Part shown: piece by piece, positions 63,193-64,000 of the stretch
Layout: each line of letters starts with the position of its first letter
Position numbering within the stretch: the stretch's first letter is position 1
From: an uncultured archaeon
Lineage (GTDB): Archaea; Aenigmatarchaeota; Aenigmatarchaeia; GW2011-AR5; JAHLMP01
Reading direction: 5' to 3'
Length of the DNA: 64,000 nucleotides
Assembly (NCBI GenBank): GCA_964428495.1
Contig: CAYRXY010000001.1
Span: 33,473 to 97,472, forward strand
Program-made: the position numbers and the translations under genes
Notes under the pieces: generated by a model
What the model saw: the letters and a program-made list of their open reading frames with translations, nothing else
Databases searched by the model: none
What the model was told of the DNA's origin: nothing

Positions 63193-63909
63193 ATGAACAT
63201 AAAAAGAACGATACTTGTAATGAGTGGTAAGGGCGGAGTGGGAAAAACAACTGTTGCTGTTAATTTAGCTTATGCTCTCAGTGAAAGAGGTTATAAGGTA
63301 GGAATTCTTGATGCCGATCTTCATGGACCGAACGTTCCGAAGATGCTTGGTGTAAAAGAAAGAACAAATGATCTACCAATAGAAATAAATGAAAATTTGA
63401 AGCTCGTATCAATGAGCTTTCTTATAGATGAAGATAAAGCATTAATATGGAGAGGTCCGCTGAAGCATAAGTTCATATCTGAAATTCTATCTAAAATTGA
63501 TTGGGGTGACTTAGATTTTTTGATTGTTGATCTACCAGCTGGAACAGGTGATGAATCGATTAGTGTAGCTCAAATCTCTCCGGGAGAAAAATATTCCCTA
63601 ATTATCTCTATGCCACAAGAGGTTTCTATGATGGATGCAAGGAGAGCTTATAATTTCTCTAAGAAGTTGGGTTTGAAGGTAATCGGTTTCGTTGAGAACA
63701 TGTCTGGAGAATTTTTTGGTGAAGGCGGTGTTGAAAAATTGGCAAAAGGCTTGAATGAAAACTTTCTTGGTAAAATACACTTAGATAAAAATGTTCCAAA
63801 GCTTTGTGATGAAGGTAAAATTATTGTCAAGGAAAAAACGATGGCGGGAGATGAAATAAATGGAATCGTAGATAAAATATTAGAATACTTCAAGAGTGAG
63901 AATTTATGA
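63193..63909 (+). CDS. Mrp/NBP35/ApbC-family Fe-S cluster carrier ATPase
   Basis: Deviant Walker A VMSGKGGVGKTTVAVNLA, DADLHGPN, VDLPAGTGD. Start taken as ATG 63193 (the track GTG 63175 overlaps the DUF59 stop). Confidence 0.85.
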   Translation: MNIKRTILVMSGKGGVGKTTVAVNLAYALSERGYKVGILDADLHGPNVPKMLGVKERTNDLPIEINENLKLVSMSFLIDEDKALIWRGPLKHKFISEILSKIDWGDLDFLIVDLPAGTGDESISVAQISPGEKYSLIISMPQEVSMMDARRAYNFSKKLGLKVIGFVENMSGEFFGEGGVEKLAKGLNENFLGKIHLDKNVPKLCDEGKIIVKEKTMAGDEINGIVDKILEYFKSENL

Positions 63910-64000
63910 AATTATTAGAATTGATTAGTATACGATATAGGGTTGAAGATAAAGTTATACTCGATAAAATTAATCTTTCTGTTAGAAATTCAGAAATATT
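63907..64000 (+). CDS. Partial gene, probable ABC-transporter ATP-binding protein N-terminus
   Basis: ATGA overlap with the mrp stop. MKLLELISIRYRVEDKVILDKINLSVRNSEI... resembles an ABC ATPase N-terminal strand region. Truncated by the window end before the Walker A motif. Confidence 0.4.

Noticed and set aside
1-64000. Search for C/D box sRNAs (expected because nop5 and fibrillarin are present), H/ACA RNAs, RNase P RNA, CRISPR arrays, IS elements, integrases and rRNA
   Set aside because: By eye I found no RUGAUGA...CUGA pairs in any intergenic gap of at least 50 bp, for example 15922-16098, 17014-17114, 18339-18469, 50742-50841 and 54910-55043. There are no further GC-rich islands beyond the seven tRNAs and the SRP RNA. 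There are no regularly spaced repeats, and no transposase or recombinase motifs. A covariance-model scan could still find small RNAs that I cannot see.

Overview
Visibly AT-rich, very gene-dense archaeal chromosomal segment. Stop and start codons often overlap, and two tRNA genes sit 0-2 nt from a CDS. I support about 75 protein genes, 7 tRNA genes (4 with introns), one SRP 7S RNA, one gene relic and a few palindromic operator candidates. The core content is archaeal information processing and housekeeping. Translation and protein folding: thermosome, aEF-2, AlaRS, GatE, aIF-1A, NMD3, Nop5-fibrillarin, ribosomal proteins S2, S17e and P1, RpoK, NAC. DNA repair and replication: FEN-1, Hjc, XPD, an MPE-Lhr pair, Nre, an RPA-like OB-fold protein. 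Metabolism: class III ribonucleotide reductase NrdD/NrdG, isopentenyl-phosphate kinase plus type-2 IDI, a compact enolase. I found no rRNA, CRISPR array, transposase, integrase or obvious provirus. A small-genome anaerobic archaeon of the DPANN kind is suggested by tRNA-Ile(UAU), a D-arm tRNA intron, genome compaction, class III RNR and many pilin-like or tail-anchored surface proteins; this placement is inference only. Items most worth a second look:
- a three-gene membrane and Cys-rich surface cluster with no recognisable family (38616-42727)
- an untracked 40-aa Lys/Thr-repeat microprotein built from a perfect 2 x 48-bp repeat (43635-43757)
- an intron-containing Pro-like tRNA that reads as anticodon AGG and begins on the base after the rps2 stop codon
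- a DUF5320 / split-permease / NifX-like / DUF134 / CcdA / CPHC-thioredoxin cluster preceded by twin TGAAT-N4-ATTCA palindromes
- an RHH regulator plus 16-bp palindrome divergent from two SlaB-like coiled-coil tail-anchored surface proteins
- SRP RNA running directly into an SD-led RPA-like gene
Many track ORFs start at a GTG that lies inside the Shine-Dalgarno motif GGTGAT; I trimmed those starts to the downstream ATG.
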